Below are positions 35,293-43,253 of a stretch of DNA of 53,148 nt, piece by piece. This DNA comes from a virus (taxonomy: Duplodnaviria > Caudoviricetes). The notes under the pieces are model-generated. The model did no database searches and had not been told where the DNA came from. It saw nothing but the letters and a program-made list of their open reading frames with translations. Location: positions 1 through 53,148 of the IMG/VR virus record IMGVR_UViG_3300037755_000177. One strand, written 5' to 3'. The position numbers and the translations under genes are program-made. Numbering within the stretch: position 1 is the stretch's first letter; every line of letters starts with the position of its first letter.

Positions 35293-36123
35293 ATGTCAAA
35301 GAAGATCGCACTTCTGGGAAGCGCCCCATCGTCAATTCGCTTGGCCCCGCATGATGACCCGGCGTATCAGCTTTGGGGTTGCTCTCCCGGATGCGCTACG
35401 GCAATAGCCGGAAAGCGCGTCGATGTCTGGTTTGAACTTCACCGGGTCACGGAAGACTTCCCGTGGTTCAAAAAGTCCGATCCTTATTGGAAATTCCTGA
35501 CCGAATTCAAAGGGCCGGTCTGGATGATTGAACCTCATCCCGAGATTCCAAACTCCAGGCGCTACCCGATTGAAAAGATGCTCGACAAGTACGGGCCGTT
35601 CTTCTGGCAAAGCTCGCTCAGTTACATGGCGGCGCTGGCCCTTGAGGAAGAAGGGTTAAGCGTCCTTGGCTGGCGCGGTGTCGATATGGCGGCAACCGAG
35701 GAATACGAACGACAGAAGCCAGCCTGTCAGTTTTTCATCTGGGAAGCGATGAAGCGCGGCATCTTCATCGATATCCCGCCCGAGTCAGACCTGTTCTACC
35801 CGCAACAGATGTACGGGTATTCGGAACATAACCCGCACCGGATCAAGCTCGACAAGCGTAAGGAAGAACTGGCGCAACGTCTCTCGGCGGCGGCGGCAAA
35901 CAAGGAAGCCGCCCATAACGAGTGGATGTTTATCAAGGGCGCGTTCGACGACAACACCTATCACGCCAACACCTATGTCCAGCATCCTTATGCCGTAGGC
36001 GTCTTGGGAAGAATGCAGGAGCAGAATGCAGCTAGAGGAAGTTCTACAGGCGTTGAACGCCCTGCCGGTGAAGGAGAAGGAAGCGGCAATCCAGGCGGCG
36101 GTGAAGGCGAACGCCCGGTATAA
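35293..36123 (+). CDS. Putative sialyltransferase/Maf-like glycosyltransferase
   Basis: 'KIALLGSAPS', 'SS..YMAALA', 'GVDM' resemble GT29/GT42/Maf motif order; inference. Confidence 0.45.
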   Translation: MSKKIALLGSAPSSIRLAPHDDPAYQLWGCSPGCATAIAGKRVDVWFELHRVTEDFPWFKKSDPYWKFLTEFKGPVWMIEPHPEIPNSRRYPIEKMLDKYGPFFWQSSLSYMAALALEEEGLSVLGWRGVDMAATEEYERQKPACQFFIWEAMKRGIFIDIPPESDLFYPQQMYGYSEHNPHRIKLDKRKEELAQRLSAAAANKEAAHNEWMFIKGAFDDNTYHANTYVQHPYAVGVLGRMQEQNAARGSSTGVERPAGEGEGSGNPGGGEGERPV

Positions 36124-37597
36124 GTGGAAGCCGAAATGGGAAGAACAGATTGACGGCTTCCTGTGCAATGCCGACGAATTGTTTTATGGCGGGCAGGCAG
36201 GCGGCGGCAAGACGGACCTGATTATAGGTCTATCGCTCACGGAACATAGCCGCTCATTGGTACTTCGCCGGACAAACAAGGAAGCAACAAAGCTCGTTGA
36301 ACGATACGCAGAAATTCTGGAAGGCCGCGACGGCTGGAACGGTCAGGACAATGTGTGGCGTATCGATAGCCGGATTATCGATATATCCGGTTGCCAGCAC
36401 GAAGACGACAAGCAGAAATTCAAGGGCACGCCGCACGACTTCATCGGATTCGATGAGGTTTCCGACTTCACCGAGTCGCAATACCGCTTCATCATCGCGT
36501 GGAACCGCTCGTCGGAACCGAGCCAGCGTTGCCGGGTAGTAGCGGCTGGCAACCCTCCGACGAGGCCGGAGGGCTTGTGGGTTCTGAAATATTGGGCACC
36601 GTGGATCGATCCCAATCATCCGAACCCGGCCAAGGCGGGCGAGTTGCGTTGGTTCACGATGGTCAATGGCGAGGATACCGAAGTCGATGGTCCGGGTCCG
36701 CACCTGATCGACGGAGAACAGATTATCGCAAGGTCGAGGACCTTCATCCCGGCCAAGCTGGAAAGCAATCCGTATTTGTCCGATACGAATTACTCGGCGG
36801 TTCTTGCGGCACTGCCGCCTGAACTAAGAGCGGCTTACAAGGACGGACGGTTCGACGCGAGCCTGAAAGACGATGTGTTTCAGGTCATTCCTACGGCATG
36901 GGTTATGGCGGCTCAGTCTCGGTGGAGATCGGACGGCTACCTGAAGTGCAATATGACTTCGATGGCGCTCGATCCTGCCGGAGGGGGCAACGACGCGGAA
37001 GAATTGATCTGGCGGCATCAGGGCTGGTTTGCCGAACCACAGACAGCCAAGGGCGACGAGACGGCGGACGGGTCAAGGGCGGCGGGGAAGATCGTTCAAT
37101 ACCGCAGGCACAATGCCCCGGTCATTGTCGATGTCGGCGGGGGGTATGGCGGGGCGGTCACGCTTCGATTGAAAGATAACGAGATCGATCATCACGCCTT
37201 TAATGGTGCGGCTACATCAATCTCAAAGACCAAGGACGGCAAGCTATCGTTTGTGAACAAGCGCGCGGAAGCATGGTGGCGAATGCGCGAGGAACTGGAC
37301 CCGGATCAAGAGGGCGGGTCTGTCATTGCATTGCCGCCCGGCGCGGAAATCAGGGCGGACCTTGCCACGCCGCATTGGAAACTGACGACACGCGGCATCC
37401 AGATCGAGAGCAAGGAAGAAATCAGAAAGCGCATTGGCCGCTCGCCCGGCAAGGGTGATGCGATGGTGATGTGCCTCAGCGAGGGACAAGAGGTCCTGAC
37501 AAGAGAACTGCACAAGGCATCGTCTCAGTTCCGGCATCCAAAGCAGCAATTCGCCAACGTTGGTTATTCAAAATCAAAAACAAGAAGAAGGAGATAA
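36026..37597 (+). CDS. terL: Terminase large subunit
   Basis: Walker A 'YGGQAGGGKT', Walker B 'IGFDE', 'AAGNP', nuclease 'LDPAGGGND', 'SPGKGDA'. Confidence 0.92.
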   Translation: MQLEEVLQALNALPVKEKEAAIQAAVKANARYKWKPKWEEQIDGFLCNADELFYGGQAGGGKTDLIIGLSLTEHSRSLVLRRTNKEATKLVERYAEILEGRDGWNGQDNVWRIDSRIIDISGCQHEDDKQKFKGTPHDFIGFDEVSDFTESQYRFIIAWNRSSEPSQRCRVVAAGNPPTRPEGLWVLKYWAPWIDPNHPNPAKAGELRWFTMVNGEDTEVDGPGPHLIDGEQIIARSRTFIPAKLESNPYLSDTNYSAVLAALPPELRAAYKDGRFDASLKDDVFQVIPTAWVMAAQSRWRSDGYLKCNMTSMALDPAGGGNDAEELIWRHQGWFAEPQTAKGDETADGSRAAGKIVQYRRHNAPVIVDVGGGYGGAVTLRLKDNEIDHHAFNGAATSISKTKDGKLSFVNKRAEAWWRMREELDPDQEGGSVIALPPGAEIRADLATPHWKLTTRGIQIESKEEIRKRIGRSPGKGDAMVMCLSEGQEVLTRELHKASSQFRHPKQQFANVGYSKSKTRRRR

Positions 37598-37599
37598 CA

Positions 37600-37800
37600 A
37601 TGGCTGCAATCACCAAGCTATTGGGCGGCGGGCGTCAGCCTCAAGCCCAGAAATCAATGTCCATGCCCGACCCGGACGACCCCGAGATTCAGGAGCGCCG
37701 TAGACGCCGTATGTTGCAGTCGCAGGCAAGGGGAGGCCGTCAATCCACGATCCTCTCCGGCGAAGCGCCGCAGTATTCCGGCACGTCGTTGGGAACATGA
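37600..37800 (+). CDS. Small conserved pre-portal protein
   Basis: 'GRQSTILS...LG' family typical before podovirus portals. Confidence 0.65.
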   Translation: MAAITKLLGGGRQPQAQKSMSMPDPDDPEIQERRRRRMLQSQARGGRQSTILSGEAPQYSGTSLGT

Positions 37801-37803
37801 TCC

Positions 37804-39462
37804 TTGGACAATAACGCCAAGGAAATTCTCGAACGTTCGGGGAGACTGTTTTCGACCAAGGCGGACCTGGATTCGTTGTGTCAGGAGCTGGCCGAGAACT
37901 TCTACCCGGAACGCGCGGATTTCACGACCCCGTTAGAGCTAGGTGATGAGTTCGCCTCGCATCTGTTCGACTCGTTTCCCGTGCTGGCAAGGCGGGAATT
38001 GGGCGACGCACAGGCGGCCATGCTTCGTCCACGGGACAAGCAATGGTTTCTGCATACGGTGGATGACGAGGAAATTGCAAACAATACCGAAAGTCAAAGG
38101 TTTCTGGAATACACGACGAAAGTCCACAGGCGCGCGCTCTATGACCGGAGGGCGAAGTTCGTCCGCTCAACGAAGCGCGCCGATCACGACTATGTATCGT
38201 TCGGCAACGCCATATTGATGCTGGATGAGCTTCCTACGAAGGATGGAATGTCGTGGAGCGTGTTTCATTTTCGCGATTGCGCGTGGATGGAGAACTACGA
38301 GGGCAAGGTTGACCTGATTTATCGCAAGGCGAAGGTGACCGCGCGTAAATTGAAGCAGCGTTTTACCGAAGCAAAGTTGCATCAGGACATCAAGACGGCC
38401 TGCGAGAAAGAGCCGGATCGCGAGTTCAAGATTATTCATTGTGTGATGCCAGCCGAGGATTACGACTATATCGGCAAGAAGACGAATTCCAAGCGATTGC
38501 CGTTTGTGTCGATATTCGTGGACGTGGATCACGCGGAAATTATAGCTCACGAGCCGCTGGATTCGTTCCGCTACGTTGTGCCCCGGTGGGAAACGTTCGG
38601 AATGTCTCCTTACGGGTTTTCCCCGGCTGCGATGGTATCGCTTCCCGACGCACGGCAGATTCAGTCCATGGCTAGGGTATTGATCGAGGCGGGCGAGAAG
38701 CGTGTTGATCCGCCACTGATCGCCACGGAAGAAACGCTGAAAAGCGAGATTAATTTATATTCCGGCGGTGTGACTTATATCGATAGGGAATATGACGAGA
38801 AACTAGGCGCTGCAATCAGGCCGCTCGACCTTGGAAAGGACGTGGGGCTTGGCCTTGAAATGGTCATGCGGACGCAATCCTTGATTGCCAAGGCTTGGTT
38901 CACGAATAAATTGGGCCTGCCGGAACAGGGTGACAAAACCGCCTACGAGACTTCCATCCTCTACGAGCAATTCATCCGCGAGATCACGCCGTTATTCGAA
39001 CCATCAGAACAGGATTACAACGGCGGGCTATTGGACGAGAGTTTCGGGTTTCTTATGCGGCGTGGGGCGTTTGGAAGCGTCGATGATATTCCTGAGCCGC
39101 TTCGCGGAAAGGAAATCATTTACCAGTTCAACAATCCGCTTCAGGACTCTATCGAGCGCGCCAAGGTCCATACCTACATGGCCAATCTGGAAATAGTCGG
39201 CAAGGCATCGCTGATTTACAAGAGCGCGCCGGATCATTTCAATAATGACGCGGCATTGCCGGACGCGATCAAGGGTTCCGGCTCGCCGTCGAAATGGGTT
39301 CATTCGGAAGACGAAGTTGGCGAAAACCGTGCCGCAAGGGAAGAACAGGAATCCGCAGCCCAGGCATTGGCTGAAGGGCAGGCGGCGGGTGAGTCCATCG
39401 GCTCTCTTGCCGAGGCTTCCAAGTCCGTAACCGAGGCCATGAATCCGCAGATGGCGGCATGA
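37804..39462 (+). CDS. Portal (head-tail connector)
   Basis: 'DY..FGN', 'YVVPRW.....PYG.SP', 'KTA.E' T7/BPP-1-like connector motifs. Confidence 0.88.
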   Translation: MDNNAKEILERSGRLFSTKADLDSLCQELAENFYPERADFTTPLELGDEFASHLFDSFPVLARRELGDAQAAMLRPRDKQWFLHTVDDEEIANNTESQRFLEYTTKVHRRALYDRRAKFVRSTKRADHDYVSFGNAILMLDELPTKDGMSWSVFHFRDCAWMENYEGKVDLIYRKAKVTARKLKQRFTEAKLHQDIKTACEKEPDREFKIIHCVMPAEDYDYIGKKTNSKRLPFVSIFVDVDHAEIIAHEPLDSFRYVVPRWETFGMSPYGFSPAAMVSLPDARQIQSMARVLIEAGEKRVDPPLIATEETLKSEINLYSGGVTYIDREYDEKLGAAIRPLDLGKDVGLGLEMVMRTQSLIAKAWFTNKLGLPEQGDKTAYETSILYEQFIREITPLFEPSEQDYNGGLLDESFGFLMRRGAFGSVDDIPEPLRGKEIIYQFNNPLQDSIERAKVHTYMANLEIVGKASLIYKSAPDHFNNDAALPDAIKGSGSPSKWVHSEDEVGENRAAREEQESAAQALAEGQAAGESIGSLAEASKSVTEAMNPQMAA

Positions 39463-39902
39463 AGATCGATATTACCGGGCGTGCGTTCGCGCCCGTTGAA
39501 CTGGAAAACCACGAGATATTTGCAATTCGCAATATCGCCCGTGGCGAAGCAAGCCCCGATCAACAGAAGAAAGCATTTCAATTGATTGTCGAGCGGTTTT
39601 GCTCGGCGGACGACCTGTCCTATCGGCCTGACGAATTGGGCGGGCAGCGGGACACGGACTTTCACGAGGGCCGGAGATTCCCCGGCCTGCAATTGCGCAA
39701 GATCGCATTCGCCCCGGCGGATCGCGTGTTGAATCCAGAAACGACACCAAAGGAAAACCCGAAATGGCGGACGAACAGGCCAACGGAACAGCCACAGCCA
39801 CAGCAGCAGACGGCCAATCTCAGCAGCAGCCCGGTCAAACGCAAGGGCGGGTGGCCGAAGGGCAAGAAGCGGGGGCCGCGCAAGCCAAGATCGACACCAT
39901 AG
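39459..39902 (+). CDS. Bbp19-like protein
   Basis: 'T.FHEGRR..GL.L' directly after the portal. Confidence 0.65.
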   Translation: MKIDITGRAFAPVELENHEIFAIRNIARGEASPDQQKKAFQLIVERFCSADDLSYRPDELGGQRDTDFHEGRRFPGLQLRKIAFAPADRVLNPETTPKENPKWRTNRPTEQPQPQQQTANLSSSPVKRKGGWPKGKKRGPRKPRSTP

Positions 39903-40756
39903 TCGCGGGCGACGGCAAGAAGGTCGAGGACTCCGGCCAACAGCAGCCGCAAGCCACGGCCAAGTGGCCGGATAATTGGCGTGAAGAATTGTCTGGTGGC
40001 GATGCCAAAGTCTTTGAGCATCTGAAACGTTTCACCAGCCCGGATGGGATTGTTAAGTCATGGCTTGAGCGCAATCGTCAGATTGAGTCTGGCGTTTACA
40101 AGAAATCGCTTTCGGAAAATCCGACGCCCGAGGAGTTGTCAGCGTATCGCAAGGAAATTGGCATCCCCGAGAAGGCCGAGGAATATCCAGTCGAGCCTCC
40201 GAAGGGAGTCACGGTTTCGGAAGCCGACAAACCGGTACTCGACGCCTTCAAGAAGTTCGCGCATGAAAACGCAATTGAACCGAAGGTCGCGCAGAACCTG
40301 GCCAATTGGTATTTCGCCAATCGCGAACTTGAATTGCAGGACTTGCACGAGAGCGCGGATCAGGCGTTACAGGATCGAATTGTCGAGCTTCGCACCGAAT
40401 GGCCGGGTAACGAATACACGCAGAACGTCACGCTCGGAAATAACTTCATTGCCGAAGTCATGGGCGAGAAGGGACCGGAGCTAGCGGGCGTCATGCTCGC
40501 GGACGGAACGAAACTTGGTTCTCATCCTCTGTTCGTGAGGCTCGCCGCACAGGCAGCGCGCACCTATTCAGCCGGATCACTTGATCTGGGTGGCGGTGGC
40601 GATGCGGCAGGTGGCGAAGCGCGCATTGCCGAGCTGCAAAAGCTCATGAGGGATGATCGAAGCGATTACTGGAAAGGGCCTACAGCGGCCAAGTTTCAGG
40701 AAGAATACCGCACGCTTATTGCACGACGCGACAGAACAAAATCGCGCGCTGCGTAA
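39764..40756 (+). CDS. Capsid scaffolding protein
   Basis: Low-complexity N-terminus, 'G.PEKAEEY', 'L..EW', 'LG.HP'. Confidence 0.75.
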   Translation: MADEQANGTATATAADGQSQQQPGQTQGRVAEGQEAGAAQAKIDTIVAGDGKKVEDSGQQQPQATAKWPDNWREELSGGDAKVFEHLKRFTSPDGIVKSWLERNRQIESGVYKKSLSENPTPEELSAYRKEIGIPEKAEEYPVEPPKGVTVSEADKPVLDAFKKFAHENAIEPKVAQNLANWYFANRELELQDLHESADQALQDRIVELRTEWPGNEYTQNVTLGNNFIAEVMGEKGPELAGVMLADGTKLGSHPLFVRLAAQAARTYSAGSLDLGGGGDAAGGEARIAELQKLMRDDRSDYWKGPTAAKFQEEYRTLIARRDRTKSRAA

Positions 40757-40942
40757 GTTTGCGTGACCGGCAGTCAACCCGAGCAATCGGCGCTGCCACC
40801 AAGACAAACCGCAGAAGCCTAGCCCCGCCCGGCAACGGGAGGCGTGGCCAGCCGCAAGGCTCGCCGCCAACCCTCTCTCTATGCCTCGTGGGAAACCGAA
40901 GCAGACGCACCGGAGAAAAACAATGAACAATCAGGTGCAGAA

Positions 40943-41779
40943 ATGCCAGATACTGCGTTTCAAACCCAATATCGGGATGAAGTCGTCAACGCCTTTGAAG
41001 AACGCCAGTCGTGGCTGCGCAATTGCGTAACCACGGAAGCGGTCATCAAGGGTAACACGGCAACGTTCCTTGTGGCGGGTTCCGGCGGCTCGGTCGCCGT
41101 TACCCGTGGCGTGAGCGGTCTTATTGCCGCTCGCTCCGACGATCTGACGCAAACCAGTGCCACTCTCGCGGAATGGCACGATCTGGTTCGCAAGACCAAC
41201 TTCAACATCTTTGCGAGCCAGGGCGACCAGCGACGTATCATGCAGATGAGCACGATGGCGGTAATCAATCGCAAGATTGACGCCGACATCATTGCCCAGC
41301 TGGATACGGCGTCGATCAACGACACCGCCGGAACCGCGACGGTTGCGAAGGTGATGACCGCATTGGCAACGCTCGGTAATGCCGAAGTGCCGATTCAGGA
41401 AGAAGACAACATGTTCGGCATTATCACGCCGAGCTTCCTTGGCTATCTGATGCAGGTCACGGAATTCGCCTCGGCGGATTACGTGGATGTCAAGGCGTTC
41501 AGTGGTCCCGTCCGCCGCATGAAGCGCTGGGCCGGTATCAACTGGATCGTCCATCCGAACCTTACCGGCGTCGGTACGTCTTCGGAAAAGACGTACCTGT
41601 TCCATCGCGCGTCCCTTGGTCATGCGGTGGACACGTCGGGACTCGACATCGCTGTCGGGTACGACACGGAGCAGGCTTATTCATTTGCTCGCGTTTCCGG
41701 GCATTTCGGAAGCAAGCTCCTGCAAAACACCGGCGTTGTGCAGATGCTGCATGACGGCTCCAACACTGCGCTCTCGTAA
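40943..41779 (+). CDS. Major capsid protein
   Basis: 'AFQTQY..E....FE...S.LR..V', 'A..RKID..II..LD'; follows the scaffold. Confidence 0.85.
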   Translation: MPDTAFQTQYRDEVVNAFEERQSWLRNCVTTEAVIKGNTATFLVAGSGGSVAVTRGVSGLIAARSDDLTQTSATLAEWHDLVRKTNFNIFASQGDQRRIMQMSTMAVINRKIDADIIAQLDTASINDTAGTATVAKVMTALATLGNAEVPIQEEDNMFGIITPSFLGYLMQVTEFASADYVDVKAFSGPVRRMKRWAGINWIVHPNLTGVGTSSEKTYLFHRASLGHAVDTSGLDIAVGYDTEQAYSFARVSGHFGSKLLQNTGVVQMLHDGSNTALS

Positions 41780-41792
41780 GGAGGATTGAACA

Positions 41793-42065
41793 ATGGCTTA
41801 TTCTTCCACGAATCCTCCTGAACTGCTCGTTGGCGGTCTTGCTGGCGATGGTCGGCAGCTCTGGAGCTACAACTCGACGCATACGGCTGGCGAAGCTGCG
41901 GCGGCTGGTTTCATTTCGAACGGATATGCGCTCGGCATGAAAACGCACGACGCAGTTCTCGTTGCGGAAACCACGTCTCCGCTCACCGGAAGTCTGTGGA
42001 TGTTTGTCAGTGTTGTCACTGCTTCTTCGGCGGCGACACTCACGAGCGTTACCACGTCTACCTAA
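41793..42065 (+). CDS. Capsid decoration/cement-like protein
   Basis: Small S/T/A-rich protein after MCP, strong RBS. Confidence 0.55.
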   Translation: MAYSSTNPPELLVGGLAGDGRQLWSYNSTHTAGEAAAAGFISNGYALGMKTHDAVLVAETTSPLTGSLWMFVSVVTASSAATLTSVTTST

Positions 42066-42073
42066 GACAATCA

Positions 42074-42097
42074 GGGCGGGGGTTTCGGCTCCCGCCC
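42074..42097 (+). terminator. Hairpin after the capsid genes
   Basis: GGGCGGGGGT-TTCG-GCTCCCGCCC. Confidence 0.6.
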
Positions 42098-42125
42098 ATT
42101 TCCATTCAACAACGATAGGTGATTC

Positions 42126-42623
42126 ATGGCTGAGCCTGCAAAGGCTGAGACGGCTAAACCCGTCAATTTCTCGCCTCCCCCGCGCCCGAAGACACTGCAA
42201 ATCGGTTCGCTTCAGCTTGCCACGCAAAGGCGCAACGCCTGGGTAGGCGAAGCGGATTCCGACGTTTCGCTTGAGGACATGCTCAAGCCGGAATTCTGGG
42301 TTCACGACGCACGCAAGTATACCGTGCGCGATGAAGTCGAGGTCTGGGCCAAGGACGGCACATGGCTGGAAGTTTTCATCGTTCGCTCCGTGCTCTTGCC
42401 GGAAGTTGGCCGCCCAGTCGTTAAGGTTGTCCGCAAGGACGATATCCCCCGCTCCGACGACAAGCAGCCGGCAGCGACCATGGTTGGTGGCCTGTCGGTG
42501 AAATGGCGCGCGGGTGGCAAATGGGCCGTAATCCGCGAGAGCGACAAGGAGGTCATCAAGGACAAATTCGAGGTTCGGGAAGACGCGGAAGCGTACCTGA
42601 ACGAGTTTGCCAGGAAGTCCTGA
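42126..42623 (+). CDS. Hypothetical protein
   Basis: ORF between capsid and tail tubular genes. Confidence 0.6.
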   Translation: MAEPAKAETAKPVNFSPPPRPKTLQIGSLQLATQRRNAWVGEADSDVSLEDMLKPEFWVHDARKYTVRDEVEVWAKDGTWLEVFIVRSVLLPEVGRPVVKVVRKDDIPRSDDKQPAATMVGGLSVKWRAGGKWAVIRESDKEVIKDKFEVREDAEAYLNEFARKS

Positions 42624-42626
42624 TAA

Positions 42627-43253
42627 ATGGGCACGACTCGCCTGGAGGTCTGGAACGGAAGCCTGCTTCTTCTCGGTGAGACGAAGCTTGCGACCGAGAC
42701 GGAAACAAGAGAGGCGCGTTATGTCTGCGAAGACAATTACGAGCGCGCCGTTCAATTTGTCCTTGAGCGGGCTTATTGGAATTTCGCACTCAAGCGCGCG
42801 GAAGTCACCGGCACGACGGCCAATGCGGCTACGGGTTTCACCTATGGGTATGCAAAGCCCGCCGATTGGGTGAAGACGTTTCTGCTTTCTGAAAATCTTG
42901 AATCCACCCATCCGGCTCCGATGCGTTATGCGGACGAGGGTGGGTTCTGGCAGACGGACGTTGCGACGTTCCAGATTGTCTATGTCTCGTCTGACATTGG
43001 GACTGACGAAACAATCTGGCCGTCCAGTTTTCAGTTCGCGGTGGAAGCAGAGCTTGCGTTCCGCATGGCTCCTAAGCTGGCTGCTGCGCGTGTCGATGAG
43101 TTCAAGAAGCTATCCAAAGACGCGCTGAGAGACGCGAAGTCTCAGGACGCGCTGGACGAGGGGGTGAAGTCGGCACCGGAAGGCCGGTGGGTTCGGGCAA
43201 GACGCGGGACTTCCAATCGTGACGGTGGAAGCCGGAGCACGTTAATTGGCTAG
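42627..43253 (+). CDS. Tail tubular protein A (adaptor)
   Basis: 'N.SL..LG', 'WNFA.KR', 'Y..PAD', 'F..A....LA'. Confidence 0.8.
   Translation: MGTTRLEVWNGSLLLLGETKLATETETREARYVCEDNYERAVQFVLERAYWNFALKRAEVTGTTANAATGFTYGYAKPADWVKTFLLSENLESTHPAPMRYADEGGFWQTDVATFQIVYVSSDIGTDETIWPSSFQFAVEAELAFRMAPKLAAARVDEFKKLSKDALRDAKSQDALDEGVKSAPEGRWVRARRGTSNRDGGSRSTLIG

Noticed and set aside
41562-42911. 449-aa minus-strand ORF
   Set aside because: Antisense shadow of the capsid and tail genes
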